A stretch of DNA of 62,184 nucleotides, counting the filler, from Rhabdomonas costata (Eukaryota): the NCBI GenBank assembly GCA_019059605.1. It is 23 parts of 23 records of this genome, joined end to end, with 100 filler letters (N's around TTAATTAATTAA, not from the genome) between each part and the next. Parts side by side here need not be neighbours in the genome. Positions count along the whole stretch, not along the records: positions 13,540 to 16,153 come from JAHMHO010002649.1; positions 16,254 to 18,864 come from JAHMHO010002650.1; positions 18,965 to 21,571 come from JAHMHO010002651.1; positions 21,672 to 24,281 come from JAHMHO010002652.1; positions 24,382 to 26,987 come from JAHMHO010002653.1; 18 more parts are not named here. One strand, 5' to 3'. The notes under the pieces were generated by a model. That model was given only the letters and a program-made list of their open reading frames with translations, ran no database searches and was not told where the DNA came from. Shown in pieces: positions 13,784 through 26,502 of this stretch (its first letter is position 1; the number at the start of each line of letters is the position of its first letter). Made by a program: the position numbers and the translations under genes.

Positions 13784-15342
13784 GACTGTGCTGGCCGAGT
13801 GCCGCTTACGGTGGCGGTGATGGTGTCGCGCTCCGATGACGACGCGGTGGCGCTGGTGGGCCCCAGCCTCACTGCGGGGGTGGCCGACCCCAACGCCGTC
13901 GCGGACCTGGCCTCGCAGCGGACGTGGGCACAGCTCGCGTTTGGGCTGCCCCGGACCTGCGCCGCGCTGGCCGAGGCCGGCGCAGATCTGTCCCTTCCCG
14001 TGAGTGAAGCACTGCACACCTACCGCCCACTCCCTCACACAACCTTACGCAGCAGCACTTGCAAAATGCCCCCCGAGTCAGCTCACGAAGAGAGGCCATG
14101 CAAACGCTCCGCACCTGCAGGCGCCCTTTCGCGGGCAACCGCTCCGGTCTCTTGCCATCTCCTTTCTATTACCTTGTAAAGTGATCCGTAGATGTGCACG
14201 GGTGATGGTGACATAAAAGAAAAAGCACTAAATTACATTGCAGTGGAGTTCTGGCAGCGTGAGCAAGGCAGAACCTACTTGAAGCGGATGACGATGACTG
14301 CGGTAATTCGCAAAGGGAATGTTTTCTCACCTAAGGCAGCCGGGAATGGAAAGTTAAAAGCATACTTAAAGTGAAAGAGACAAAATGCAAAAGAGGCGGG
14401 AGGAAGTCAGTGGGCGCGACTTCGGGTTGTTACGCGCTATGTACAGAAATATAGGTAAATAAGCCATACAGACAAACCAGGAAGACAGGTTAACAAGCCT
14501 GATTCTTGTGTGTGTGTTCGTTCGCACGCGGGCTCTGCCTTAGGGCACACAAAGCGGAGTGTGGGGCACAGATGGGCGGCCAAACAGGAGCGGAGCAGAG
14601 TGTTTTTTTGATTTGAAGCCGTGCCCTCTCTCATCGAGCAGATGGTGTCTCTGCCATGCCTTTCCTTCTCTGCTGTGAGTGCAGTGCAGTGCCATCATGC
14701 ACCTCTGTTGAGTTTGTTGGAGGGGTGTATCGCTTACTATATGGTTGAGTTTTTCATTTTCATCCTTATTAGGTGCCCCGCACATGGGGGCAGCTCCCGA
14801 GGTTTGCGGAGGGCCCCCAGGCCTGCCCGCCAGAGTTCGACGTAGCTGACCCCGCCACCCGCCGCGAGTTTTTCACCCCGAACGACCCCGGCCCCTGGTG
14901 TAGTGCTCGTCTGGACGCCCTGCTGTGCCTGGGCCAACCTGGCACCACCACAGTGTGCTTCGAGGTGGTCGATAGCGGGGGCGGCTCTGGGCTCACCTTT
15001 GGGTTGGCCTCCAAGAGCACCAGCGGGGATTTGCAGCAGCGGTCGGGTCAGCTACCGGGACAGGAGGCCTGGTCCCCCGGGCTGGGCCTGTCTTTCCACC
15101 GCAGGGAAGCATACCACAGCGGAACAACAACGACAATGGGCGTCAGGGTCAAGCCCGGGGATCGGCTGGAGATTCGGGTGGACCGCAGCGACCCCAGCGA
15201 CCCCATGGGGGGCACAGCGACCTTCGCGGTGAACGGGGCGGTGGTGTGGGGCGGAGAGCCTGCACTAAGGTTGGGCTTTACAGAGGACTGCTTTGTGGTG
15301 GTGTCCATGTTCTATGGAGGGAAGAGGGTTCGCGTTATTTAA
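13784..15342 (+). CDS. Ankyrin-repeat plus C-terminal SPRY/B30.2 domain protein (3' part)
   Basis: Exon 13784-13999 (DCAGRVPLTVAV...ADPNA...LAEAGADLSLP) is ankyrin-like. A phase-0 GT-AG intron leads to the terminal exon 14773-15342, which has a SPRY pattern (FEVV..GLTFGLA..LPG..VKPGDRLEIRVD..TFAVNG..FVVVSM) and ends in TAA. Confidence 0.7.
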
Positions 15343-16334
15343 ACCAATGGCTTTGCGCTGTCTCCTACTCACCCTTTTCGACCCGTTGCTTCTCGTTGGA
15401 CCTATTCTTCCTGCACAATCTGAAAGTTCAGTGCTCTTCATCTGCAACCTTCCTTTCATTGCCTACCTTGTTTGCGTGGCGAGGGCCAGTCCTCTCTCAT
15501 CGTTTCCTGTTCTTCTCTTCCCCAGTGACGCGAAGTACTAATCCCAGAATCTCGCAATCGCTTGTCATTGTCCTCTTAGCACTCAGGCCGCCCAATTCTC
15601 CCCTTCGCCCGGTTTCCTTTCTGACCGCAGCTCCCTTTTCACACACACCGCCTCACCGGAACACAAGAGAGAGGGTAGGGAGGGAGGGACACACCCACAA
15701 GCAAAGAGACCTTTTTCCCGTTTTCCCTGTTGCCCTTCAGTGCGGTTCTCATCTCTCTTCCTCCGCAGACCACTGACCACTGACCGCTGTGCGCTTTTTC
15801 CCCTTTGTCCAGGCAACCTTATACACCCTCTTTCCTTCCCTTTTACCTTGTATTCGGTACTTGTTGTTATCCTTTATATCCTCTGCGCACGGCGCGGGCA
15901 TTCTTTCCACCTGCTCTGAGAACTTCCTTTGTCTTATCGCATGTCTCCATCTCTCCTGCTCTGCAGACCATTCAGATGTGCGATTGATCCTGCTCTTTTG
16001 CTTTTGTGCGCGCACCCTTACACCCCCCACCCCTTCTTTTCCTTTTACCTTTTCTACGTACTCTTTCGTCAACCTTTGTATTCACTGCACATCGCGCAGG
16101 CATTCTTTCCGCTTGGCTTCCTCTGAACTTCCTCTCTCCTCTCACACACCACCNNNNNNNNNNNNNNNNNNNNNNNNNNNNNNNNNNNNNNNNNNNNTTA
16201 ATTAATTAANNNNNNNNNNNNNNNNNNNNNNNNNNNNNNNNNNNNNNNNNNNNTGTTGGTTGATTCATTGTTTTTTTGTTTGTGTTTGTTTGTTTGTTTG
16301 TGTTTGTTTGTTTGTTTGGCATTACTTTTTGTTT

Positions 16335-16611
16335 GGTGTTACTTTAGAATTGTACCCACCTCTGTCTTCAGGTTCTTTTTTGAGATGCTTACGCTTTATG
16401 ATCTTTTGGAAAATTGTTGGGGATGACAAGAAGCGAAGAAAATGGATGGAAAAGTACAGGATTATGTGTTTATTGGCTTCGTTGACGTTACCTTTGGGGG
16501 TTAGGGTTAGGGTTAGGGTTAGGGTTAGAGATAGGGTTAGCGTTAGGGTTAGGGATACGGTTAGGGTTAGGTTAGGGTTCCTGGCCGTGGGTACAATTCT
16601 AAAGTAATGCC
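16335..16611. mobile_element. MITE-like element with 25-bp terminal inverted repeats and internal telomeric repeats
   Basis: 16335-16359 GGTGTTACTTTAGAATTGTACCCAC matches the reverse complement of 16587-16611 (GGCATTACTTTAGAATTGTACCCAC) at 23/25 positions. (TTTG)n flanks both sides. Confidence 0.65.
16498..16579 (+). repeat. Interstitial telomeric repeat (TTAGGG)n with variant units
   Basis: About 13 units of TTAGGG or variants (TTAGAG, ATAGGG, TTAGCG, ATACGG). Confidence 0.95.
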
Positions 16612-18864
16612 GTTTGTTTGTTTGTTTGTTTGTTTGTTTGTGTTCTCTGTCTCTGACGGCACTTGGCCTCATGCTTCTTGCAACGTGTGGTGTAACCTTT
16701 GCTTGCGAAGGAGCTGGTGACGACGCAACCAATCCGAAAGGTGTGGTACGTCATGTGTCTCCCGAGTTATTCACCCCCCAGGTAGTGCCGCATCCTCTCA
16801 GAAAGCTGGTTCTGGTTCTGGGCTTTGGGGATCTGGATTTGCGAGTCCGATCCTGTGGTTCCTTTTCCCCGCTTTTGCCTCAGACATCTGCAACAGCTGT
16901 GCGGTCACGTCGGCGGTGGGGCCTTCGGGGCAGCCCCTGATGCGCTGTGAGGACAGTGGAGTAGTGTTCTGGAGGGAAGCCGTACCCCCGGGGCCCTGTT
17001 GTGCACAGGGCGACCTGTGCTCGTAAGGTCCTATCGGGGGATGGAACATTCGCTGTGGGCCCGACACCTTCCAATCCCCACCCCCTTCCTTTCTTCTCAG
17101 ATATGTTCCTGTTGCTTCGCAGCCTTCTGGTATTAAATAGACTTGGACAGCCCTTCAGGATTGCGGCGCAAACGTTGCAGTGGCATAGTGCGAGCACACG
17201 TTCCAGGAGTCCCACTCGATAAAAGTTCAGCCGTGCATAGTTGGGCGTATTGTTTGTAATCCTATACATCCAATCCACGGAAATTTCTCGATGTCATGTT
17301 CCCATTACAAAGACAATGAATTTGCGATTTTCCCCCCAGAGCTAAGGTTACTGTGGGCGTTGTCCGCGTTGAAGTGAAATAGGCTTAGCCAAATACGAAG
17401 GCTGGGGAGTGGGCTCTCGGGCGGGTCTCGACTGCATTGGCAATCGTTGGGAAGGGAGTTTGGATGGGTTGCGTCGGTCGCAGTCCTTTGCTTGCTGTGG
17501 CTGTTCCTGGAGAAATGTGTGGCATCCGTCGTCGTATGTCTCTTCCATGGCCTGTTTGTGGCGGCAAACCTTGTATGATGATACTGTGAGCATGACTTTC
17601 ATGTTCTGGATGTTTCATGGCTTGTTTCCAGAGAGAGTGAGAAAGGAGCATCACCACGGTAGGACTTAGCTTTTTCTCATTCTCATCATTACTTCATGCC
17701 ACTTCAACTAGCGCCAACAGAAAACGTTTTCTTGTTTGATGGTTCATTTACGGTTGTCATTGAAAGCTCAACAGGAGTGAGGCGGGGTGGGCAGTGTGTA
17801 TTGGTCTGAAATGACTGCGCAAACTGGACTAATCATTTTTCGCAATACCGGGCACCCGCCGTATCCCTGTTTAAATTTGCCGAAGAGCTCACTTGGCATG
17901 AGCGCCTTCGTTTTTTCCTCCGCTTGATTTATCATACTTGAGCACCCTCCCGCTCACTGTGCGAAGATTTACTCGCGCCAGTTTTTCGTTCCTTTTCCAC
18001 CTCCTTTCATCCTGAAACCGCCGCAAGAAATTGGCCGACGCATGCCCAGCCCTTTACCAGAACGTCAGCATCTCTTTTTCCGTTTAACTTTTATAGAGCC
18101 TTTCCGAAAGTCACATCGAAACCGAATCGCTTTCTTTCCTCAGTCATTCTTTTCCCGTTGTATTGATATTGTTTTGGTATTGGGGGGACAAATTTCTCCC
18201 CCGCTCCTTCATTCGCGCAAAGCACTGGATGGCAGTTCTGGCATCCCTGGTGAGTGGCCTTCCCGACGTTGAGATTGGCGACGAGCCTGTCATCCTGGGA
18301 CGGGGCACAACCCTTCCCAAGGTTTCGTCTGTTGTTATCCATGCTTCTGGGCAAAGCAGCGAGCTCTAACAAGCATCGCTCACCAATGTTTTTTTTACCT
18401 TCTTTTGCTCTTATATTTGACTGTGACTTCTTGTGTGCGTTTCTGAAATGTGTGATTGTTTTCGAGTTTCCGCACACGGAAGCGCGCGCGAAAACAAGAA
18501 AACAAAGGATTCTGTCGATTTAGCCGCAGCCTCTCATTCTTGCTACAATCTTTCTCTCTTCTTTGCCGCAACTTTGGGTGCGATTCGCAGGAGCACCAGA
18601 TCGATGTGGTACCCCCGGAACCGTTGTCGTCGTCCGAGCGCAACGTGGGGAAGCTCTCCAAGCAACACTGTACGTTTTACTCCATCGGGGGAGCAGTGGC
18701 CATTTCCGACCACAGGTCTGCTGAGATACTGCTCCCATTCCTATCCCTTATTGCTTCAGCACAAGCCGGAATGATCAGGCTGTTATGATGTACGTTCAAG
18801 GTAATACACCCGTTGAACCGATGGTGAAATTTCGGCATAAGTATCCACGTGCCACCACCACCTA
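16612..18864 (-). mobile_element. Degenerate non-LTR retrotransposon (RT remnants) ending in an (AAAC)n tail
   Basis: Minus-strand remnants lie in the expected order: RFRV.GNS (~18470, like GFRxGRS), ANLNVGKATHQGCQNCHPVL (~18220-18280, like GVRQGCPLSPxL), ITNNTPNYARL (~17250). An (AAAC)n microsatellite follows at 16612-16642. Many stops and frameshifts. Confidence 0.5.
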
Positions 18865-19738
18865 NNNNNNNNNNNNNNNNNNNNNNNNNNNNNNNNNNNN
18901 NNNNNNNNTTAATTAATTAANNNNNNNNNNNNNNNNNNNNNNNNNNNNNNNNNNNNNNNNNNNNGTGTTGGGTGTGGTTGGGGGGTTTGGGCATTTGGAT
19001 AGCCTTGGGTAGACGCCCGAAGCGGAAGGGCCGGGAGAGCAGTAACCGGCTCAGGCTGAGAGGAAGGCTGGAGCGCGAGGCGATTCGAGTAGAACGAAAC
19101 CAGCTCCTCTCCCTCCCAACACGAAACGATTCGACGGTCTTCTTGCTTTTTTTCTAGGAAGAAGGTCGTCCAAGGTGGATGGGGTGAAGGTGATGGAGTT
19201 GCGGTAGGTATGGTTTGTATATGAATGAGACAACTTCACTCTTAAAGGTCCAGAACATCTTGGGCACTTCCCGTGGACCCAAAATCGGTTTATTTCCTTC
19301 ACAGAACTTGTCTTTGCCAGCACTCGCCGTTTAGCCGGGTTGTCGAGATTTTCACATACCGATACCACCGCAATGCGCAAATCACCGAGATCGCCCCCCC
19401 CCTCCCGACCCGTGCTCCAGTCACATGGGCTCACTGGCAATTTTTGTAAGAAAGTAAGAAACCAAGAGAGAACCTAACGGAAAATCCTTGCATCACAAAC
19501 TAGTGACCGGCATGACCGGCACTTGCTCGCGGAATCTGAACACTCGCTTAAAGCAGAGAACGTAGGCAACAGCATGTGCGGCGCACACCGGAACACTGGC
19601 GAGCGGTGGGTACTCGAACCACCTCACCACCGCACTGAGCCCCAAGCGGGCTGGGCTGCCTCCCAGGACCACCGAGGTGGGTGACCCGAAGTCCCCGGTG
19701 TGAGGCGCCTGCGTTGGGCAGAGGTTGCAGATGCTGAC

Positions 19739-21029
19739 CGAGGCATGCAGGGCGTCGGCCAGGAGGTGGGAGGTCAGCCGGAGGCCCTCCAGCTGATACT
19801 CCGTGGCCAGCTCCTCCAGCGCCTCTTCCCTGGAAAGGCCCTGGCGTGCACAGTCGGGAAAGCGACGTCAGACGTGCATCCTCAGGTCAGAGTGAGTCAT
19901 GGAATTTATGGAGTCTAGTTAAACACAAAAGAGTGAATCCAGTGGGACAGCATCGGAAGGCGCCAGGACCTCGCACGCGCCTCTCTCCCTTTTTCGCCTG
20001 CTGGGCGCGTGCATCCCTCCGTGACCCCACGTGAGCCCAAACGCCTCTCCAATGGAACGAGCGCAGCAACCCCACCCTTCAGCAACCAGGATCTTCCGCC
20101 CAACCGCGGCGCTTCAAATAAGTCTTTTTCGGCGATACATAACCATACTAGGAGACCGCCTTGGAAGGAGGTGCGGTTTGTTAGTTGGGACGCGGGGGGG
20201 GGATTGTTCGTCAAGAGCATCAAAATCATATTCGCTGAAATGGAGGTTCAAAGTCTCGGCGCTGGGAAGAAAACGAGATAAAGAATCACTATTTTGCTGG
20301 CAAACACCAGTTTTCTAGTTAATTGAACACACAGATACAACGTGTGCCTATGTCAAAGAAGAGAATCTGAATGAAGTCTATAAAAAACTGAGCTTGAAGC
20401 GACTTCTGACATGCCATGACGATACTGCGTCCAACACACTCCCCTACCTCTAGCAAACGCAGAGGCACCCCCAGTGCATGGATAAAGCCAGTGTGAGGTA
20501 CTCAGCCGGAAGCAATAAAAGCAGAGGACGAAAGGGGCGCCTCACCTCAACGAGGCGATCGTTAACGCGGCTAATCAGAACGGTCAGCGGGACCTCTACC
20601 GCCATCACCAACACCTCGGTCGGCCACGGCTGGCGGCTCATCCTGGCGAGGTACTCCTTCGCCGGCTCACTGAGCAGCCCCAGGGCGGCCTCCCGGCGGG
20701 CCTTCACGTGCTGCAGCACGCCCATCAGCTCGGCAAGAGTCATCTCCAGGTCCGTACCTATGAATACCCGAGGAGCCCTCCAGTTGCACAGAAGAGAACG
20801 ATACTTGAGGACGGTGCTGACGTGTTAGATGCTCTCTTCCTTTTGCGCACCCCCCTTCCATCCGGGATTATCCTCGATCGGGACACTCTGGTTAAAGATG
20901 CGGCATGTTCAGCCGCAGAATAAATGTACACGGTGCATTCACCTCGGCATATGTCGGCGTTCAGCTTGGCCCATCCTGCGGCAGAGAGGGACTGGAGCAT
21001 CAGCTGCTCGTCCGGTTGCAGCGGGCGGC
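19739..21029 (-). CDS. Hypothetical protein, three internal exons
   Basis: Exons 21029-20943, 20757-20546 and 19840-19739 join through phase-consistent GT-AG introns into an open, GC3-rich frame (…AGWAKLNADICRG TDLEMTLAELMGVLQHVK…RLVE GLSREEALEELATEY…). No family recognised. Confidence 0.6.
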
Positions 21030-22586
21030 CTAGTCCACGGGCAAGAGTACCGCAGGGTTCCATCGGACAGGAAGCAACAGCAACAGGAAACAAAGAGAAT
21101 GAAAAGAAAAGAACACACGGAAAGGAAACAAAAGCACTCTTCCTGAATGAATATCGGCAAAGGAACTTTTTTTTTTACAAATCGAAGACCCCGCGGACGC
21201 CGCAGCCTATTGCCACGTCTGATGCACGGGCTATTCGTTCAGCCTTTTGGTTTCGGATTTTCGGATGGAATGATTTCCCATGAACTCACTGCCTGCAGCA
21301 GCAGTGGAGAATAATTATTGCTTGGGAGTCGGGGGAGTGTGGAGCATAACAGTCCCCCCCCCAGACCAACAAGTTATCGTCCGACTTGTTGTATTGTTAG
21401 ATAGATTTTCTCATAAGAGTCGGAGAAGCGCACGCTGAACATTCGCCACGAGATGGATGTCCTCGCGTTGGCTCAACCGATTCAGTGAGATGCCGATGCA
21501 GATGCCATGCAGATGCAGATGCAGATGCAGGCTTCACTCCATCCCCCGGCGGCGACAAAACAAGAAAAACANNNNNNNNNNNNNNNNNNNNNNNNNNNNN
21601 NNNNNNNNNNNNNNNTTAATTAATTAANNNNNNNNNNNNNNNNNNNNNNNNNNNNNNNNNNNNNNNNNNNNGTTGGTGTTTTGCGCTCACCTGAGCTCTT
21701 GGCCGCGCCCTCTCTGCGCGCGCGTTTTAATTACAAGTCAATGTGTGTGTTGCGCCACAAGAGAAACGGGTTTTTTGCTTAAATTGACAACACAGTGAAC
21801 AGGGTTGAGCGAGTATGTTCCAGGTTTATAATCCCATTCACACTTTCCAGTGTTTATTTTTTGTATTTTGGGAACAAGAGAGGACAGAGAGATGAAAGGC
21901 AGAAAGTGAGGACCCCAAAAATTGGATGAAAAGGAAAGATGTCCCTTGCAGATAACGCGCGCTCCCTGGGTGCTCGCAAGGAGATCCCAATAATCCTGTT
22001 GTGAGCCACAGGGCACCGGTTCACCACACAACAGGAGAGGAATCTCCGCCTGCCCTGCGGGTTCCAGGCACATACAACGCGTATATGCCCAAAATCCACC
22101 CGAAAACGCATCCAGTCACCGGCAAGTGCAGCGGCTGCCGAAAAACACAACCCGCGGAAATTGACCTAGCAACCACCAGCGCCCACATCCTTACCCCAAC
22201 TACCCCAATACCAAAACAAGGAGTAAGCCTTGCCCCCGCGTGGCACTCAACTCCCGATGCTCTATGAGAAAAGGGAAAAGGCCCGCGCTCGCCCGGCCCA
22301 CGAGGGGTCCCGCTCCTTCCTCTGCAACAAGCATACCACTCACAGCTTCCCTCGAGGTGGTGCAGGGACACACTGCACGCGCACAAAGCAATGCCTCCTG
22401 CCTCTGACGGGGCTTTTACGTGCGTTTTGATCTCTGGTGTCCCTTTCTGAATACCCCGCAGCCCAACATCCATGCAATTGAGCAAAGGCTTCGTGTCGAA
22501 TTTTTGTGTTTTTCGTATTAATCCCAGTCCTCCTTCTCAACGTACCGCCACTGCCAGCCGTTTTTTGGTGGGTTGTTTTGGAACAG

Positions 22587-23877
22587 CTCGTATGATGCCC
22601 ACTGGACGGTGCACCTGTTCTACGCCATGTTCGGCGCCGGGGCGTTCGAAGGCTCCGCTCGGTGGTGGTGCCGCCTGCACCGTGCGCACCACCGCTACAT
22701 TGACACCCAGCACGACCCCTACCGCACCTTCGACGGCTTCTGGCACGCCCACTGGGTAGAGCGCAGCACCCCATCCTTTCCCTCTCCACACACACTCCAA
22801 ACCCATTTGCGTGACACACTCACACATGAGCCAAATCAAAGCAATGCGCGAGCCAGAGACCCACGGGGGCAGGCTCGGGAGACCCGACGAAGTTACAATG
22901 AGGGGTGAGGCGATAACCCCCGTGGCACCCTTGCGGATGAGCGCTGTGGAGGTGAGCGTATATGCGACCCCGGCCATCCGTTTCCCATGGCTTGAGCAGC
23001 TCGCGAGCACAGAAAACAGGAGTAGAACAGAGGACAGGAGGAAGATAACGGCTCATTCGCTAACCACACACATACACTCATTAGACTAGTATCCGTTGCG
23101 TGGCAAAGAAGGCACGATTGCGGTAAGACACCACTCCTGCTGTCTTCAATGAACGGTGTGCCACTATCACGTCAGGTAAAACACTTTGACCCCCAAGGAT
23201 CGGTCACGCAGCGTTTCAGAGGCCTGCAGTATATACAATAGATCCCATGCCTACTCGGCGTAGTCCCCACATTCTCCTATCTGCACCGCTTCATGCTGAA
23301 GTGCTGCTTTGCTTGGTTTTCTGGTCCCATCCTCCCCATCTCCCTGAAAGACTAGCTGGATCTTCTGTGCATGTGTGCGTGTATGCGTGCATCTGCCAGC
23401 GACCAATCTCCGGAAGTATTCTTGTCTCATAGACGCCTCATAGAGGTTCTGTTTCTCTGTGCTGGGAAAAATATCTGTGCTTCACTGTATGCTTGCTTTT
23501 TCTTTTGCTCTGTGCCCCCTCTCTCACTCTCTCAGGGGTGGATGGTGTTCATCCAAGATTCCAAGCTGCAGGGCCGCGTGGACATCTCCGACCTCAACGA
23601 CAACAAGTACCTCACCTTCCAGCACGATCACTACATTTCCCTGGCGCTGGGGTTTGGGATGCTCTTGCCCACCCTGGTGGCCGGGCTGCTGTGCGGGGAC
23701 TTCCTCGGGGGCTTTGTGTGGGCCAGCTGCGCCCGGATCTTCTTCGTGCACACTGCGACGTTCTTCATCAACAGCTTGGCGCACACCATTGGGAAACAGA
23801 AGTTCTCCACCGCGCACAGCTCGTACGACTCCTTCATCACGGCGATCCTGTCGCTGGGCGAGGGCTACCACAACTTC
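22587..23877 (+). CDS. Delta-9 acyl-CoA fatty acid desaturase (OLE1/SCD type), two internal exons
   Basis: Exon 22587-22755 has FEGSARWWCRLHRAHHRYIDTQHDPY…FWHAHW. Exon 23536-23877 has GWM…DISDL…FFVHTATFFINSLAH…LGEGYHNF. His boxes 2 and 3 are present; introns are GT-AG. Confidence 0.95.
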
Positions 23878-23888
23878 GTATCTCCACA

Positions 23889-23924
<36 letters not shown>

Positions 23925-24874
23925 GCGCGTGCGCGTCAGTCCACAGTGGACCAACAGTCAACCAGGCAACAGCCAGCGCCCAATGCGCCCGACACACAAA
24001 CACACGCAAACAAGCAGCAAGCAAGATTAAAGCGCTCAGGAAGAAGGGAACCATCGAGCGACTCAAAAATCAGAGGCGATATTTTTCCCCCGCGGGGGCA
24101 CCTGAACAAGAGACACCGAGGCAGCCTCGAGAAGAGCGGGCGAGGGCAAAGCGGAAGAGGGTGGAGTGATGATACCTTTGCTGCCCCGTTTGCACATCCG
24201 AAGGAAAGGCTCCATGGTGCGTTTTCAACAAGAGAAGGCCTCAGGTCCCCAGAAGGAGGGCGGCTGCGCGACAAAACCCACNNNNNNNNNNNNNNNNNNN
24301 NNNNNNNNNNNNNNNNNNNNNNNNNTTAATTAATTAANNNNNNNNNNNNNNNNNNNNNNNNNNNNNNNNNNNNNNNNNNNNGTGTGTGGGGGCAAGAAAG
24401 ACAAGCTGGGGAGTTCGGGAATGGGGGAGTTACTTCGAAGCCGTGAATGGTGAAAAGAGCAGGGGGCCCCATGAGGCAGCCCTGAAAAGGTCAATTGGTA
24501 TTGGGCAAACATTTAGTTCAGGGGTCAGACACAAGGGCTGCATTCAGAACTTAATGGACTCTATTTTTTTTCGGACCGGTAAATCGGGATGTATTTCCTT
24601 TCTGAAACAAAGTACTCTGCATTCGGGGACTGCCCATTGTGGGGAACCCTCCCCCCGCCTGTTTACCCCATTTTAGGATTTTACGGATCTAAGGGAAACC
24701 CGACACAAAAACAAAACTCTTAAGATCTGGGCGCCGGCCCAAAGACATTCCAGAAATGACCCAGGGGCCAAATCGCAATCACCGGGATCGGGAATACTTG
24801 CTTCGCTGCCTAACCCCGTGCCAATCTTGCACTGGAAATGGAATGCGCGGGCGCAAGCACAGACGAATAGAGAT

Positions 24875-25156
24875 TTAAGGGCGGCCTAAAGTATTAAAAT
24901 GGGGCAGCGGGTGCTTCCACGTCCCCATCGACAAGTACCCACACATACCGACGAGGCAGGTGTACAGAAGCCACAGGGCAAGCTGCACCCACAGAAAGGC
25001 GGTCATCAGAACCGTCCCGGAGTACCACGGCGACCATGGGATAAGGGGCACGCACATGAAGTGAGCATGGGACGCGAGGTACCGCACCAGGCGCGGCGGA
25101 GAGCCCTCCAGCGTCACCCCGGAGACCTTCGGCCATACTCGCAGAAAGGTCTCCAT
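24875..25156 (-). CDS. Small hypothetical membrane protein (93 aa)
   Basis: ATG to TAA, GC3-rich codons, one long hydrophobic segment (VLMTAFLWVQLALWLLYTCLVGM). No confident family. Confidence 0.45.
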   Translation of the reverse strand: METFLRVWPKVSGVTLEGSPPRLVRYLASHAHFMCVPLIPWSPWYSGTVLMTAFLWVQLALWLLYTCLVGMCGYLSMGTWKHPLPHFNTLGRP

Positions 25157-26296
25157 TTTCTTTTCTTTATTTCTTTACTTTTCTTTTTCCTTTTCTTTTT
25201 CGAGTTTCTTACTCACCGAGAGGACGCAGGGTACTACTCACGGGAAGCTACACGTTTGCCATTCGGACATTCAAGACAGCGGCATCGCAGCACAACATGG
25301 AAGACGAGCCACAACTGACAAAGCAGCCAGGGGACGGACCTTCACCAAATCTCCTGCACCCCGACCTCCGCTCTGTAGGGTCTACGCAGAATTCTTGAGG
25401 TTCCTACAATCAGGTCCTTATGTTTATTCAGAACAAAAAATCCCAGACAAATCCACACCAAAATAGCATTGACACGGCTGGCTTTGCTCATTCAATCTTC
25501 CCAACTCAACCAATTCTCTGGTCTGGTGATCCTGAGAAGGATTTGCACCGTCCTGCGTGGGAAGTGACTTGGACCTAGTGAGAACGTTTGGTGGGCAAGT
25601 CTAGCAATTTCGGGGGACAATTGAATTTTTTTGGGGGCCTATTTTAGGAATCCAATAGCAGCCTACACAGCAATCCTTCACAGCAACCCTTCGCCCTACG
25701 GTCACCGCCAGGCCGCCTTCAATGGGCATGATCACCTGGAAGAGAGGAAGGAAGGTCACAGCACGTTTGTAATGGGCTTGACATCCAGATGCCATCCCGC
25801 CCTAACCGCAGTCCAGCCCGCAGAGCAGGCATGCCGGGAAAATGGGAAGACGGGAAGTCAGGATTGCCACAACGAGAGGGGCAAAAATCACAGAAAGAAA
25901 GCAGAAGCTGAAGATGCATTGCATATTGACAAAAGGTTCACAACCACTTTACACAACACACACGACAACTTTTGAGGGGGCACCCATCCCGTTCCCTCCG
26001 ACCAGTGAGGGGTGCCCCAGCTGAGGTTCGGAGGCGGTTCTCCGTCCCACAACTACAATCAACTCCCATCTCGACGTTCGGACCTGCTCGGGAATTCTCT
26101 TTCTCCCAGAGTCACATTCGCAACCCACCTGTGCACCTATGCACCCACAACACACACAAGAGAAAATAACAGTGGGAGACGGGGAGGGCATAAAAGCAAA
26201 TGCTCGGACACACAGCAATCCCACGGATAAACCTCTACCCTGAAGCAGAAGGTAGAGGTGTGGGAGAAAGAGCCTCCCCAAAGAAACGCAGTCCGC

Positions 26297-26502
26297 TCAT
26301 CCCCAGTCTTTGTTGTCTGACCGGAAGAGCTCCCACACGCGAGGTTCAAACCCATCTGGGCAGTAGTAGGCCTGGTAGCCCACCTGGCAGGCCATCTCAC
26401 AGTTGGTCATAGAGTCATCAAACAGCACAACGCGGTTGTTGGGCACCACGACTCGCCCGCGGTTTATCGGCCTCAGCAAGTTGCGGAGGTGAGCGTTCTT
26501 TC
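26297..26502 (-). CDS. HAD-superfamily hydrolase, terminal exon
   Basis: Acceptor cacag|GA at 26502. GKNAHL…RVVLFDDSMTNCEMACQVGYQAYYCPDGF fits HAD motif III (K) and motif IV (hhhDD..N). Ends in TGA. Confidence 0.6.

Noticed and set aside
16498..16579. True chromosome end
   Set aside because: The array is short, degenerate, internal and enclosed by TIRs.
16260..16732. ORFs with VRVRVR or LTLTLT runs
   Set aside because: They are translations of the telomeric and microsatellite repeats.
25631..25975. AFNGHDH resembling a metallophosphoesterase motif
   Set aside because: It is an isolated motif with no other family motifs or clear exon structure.
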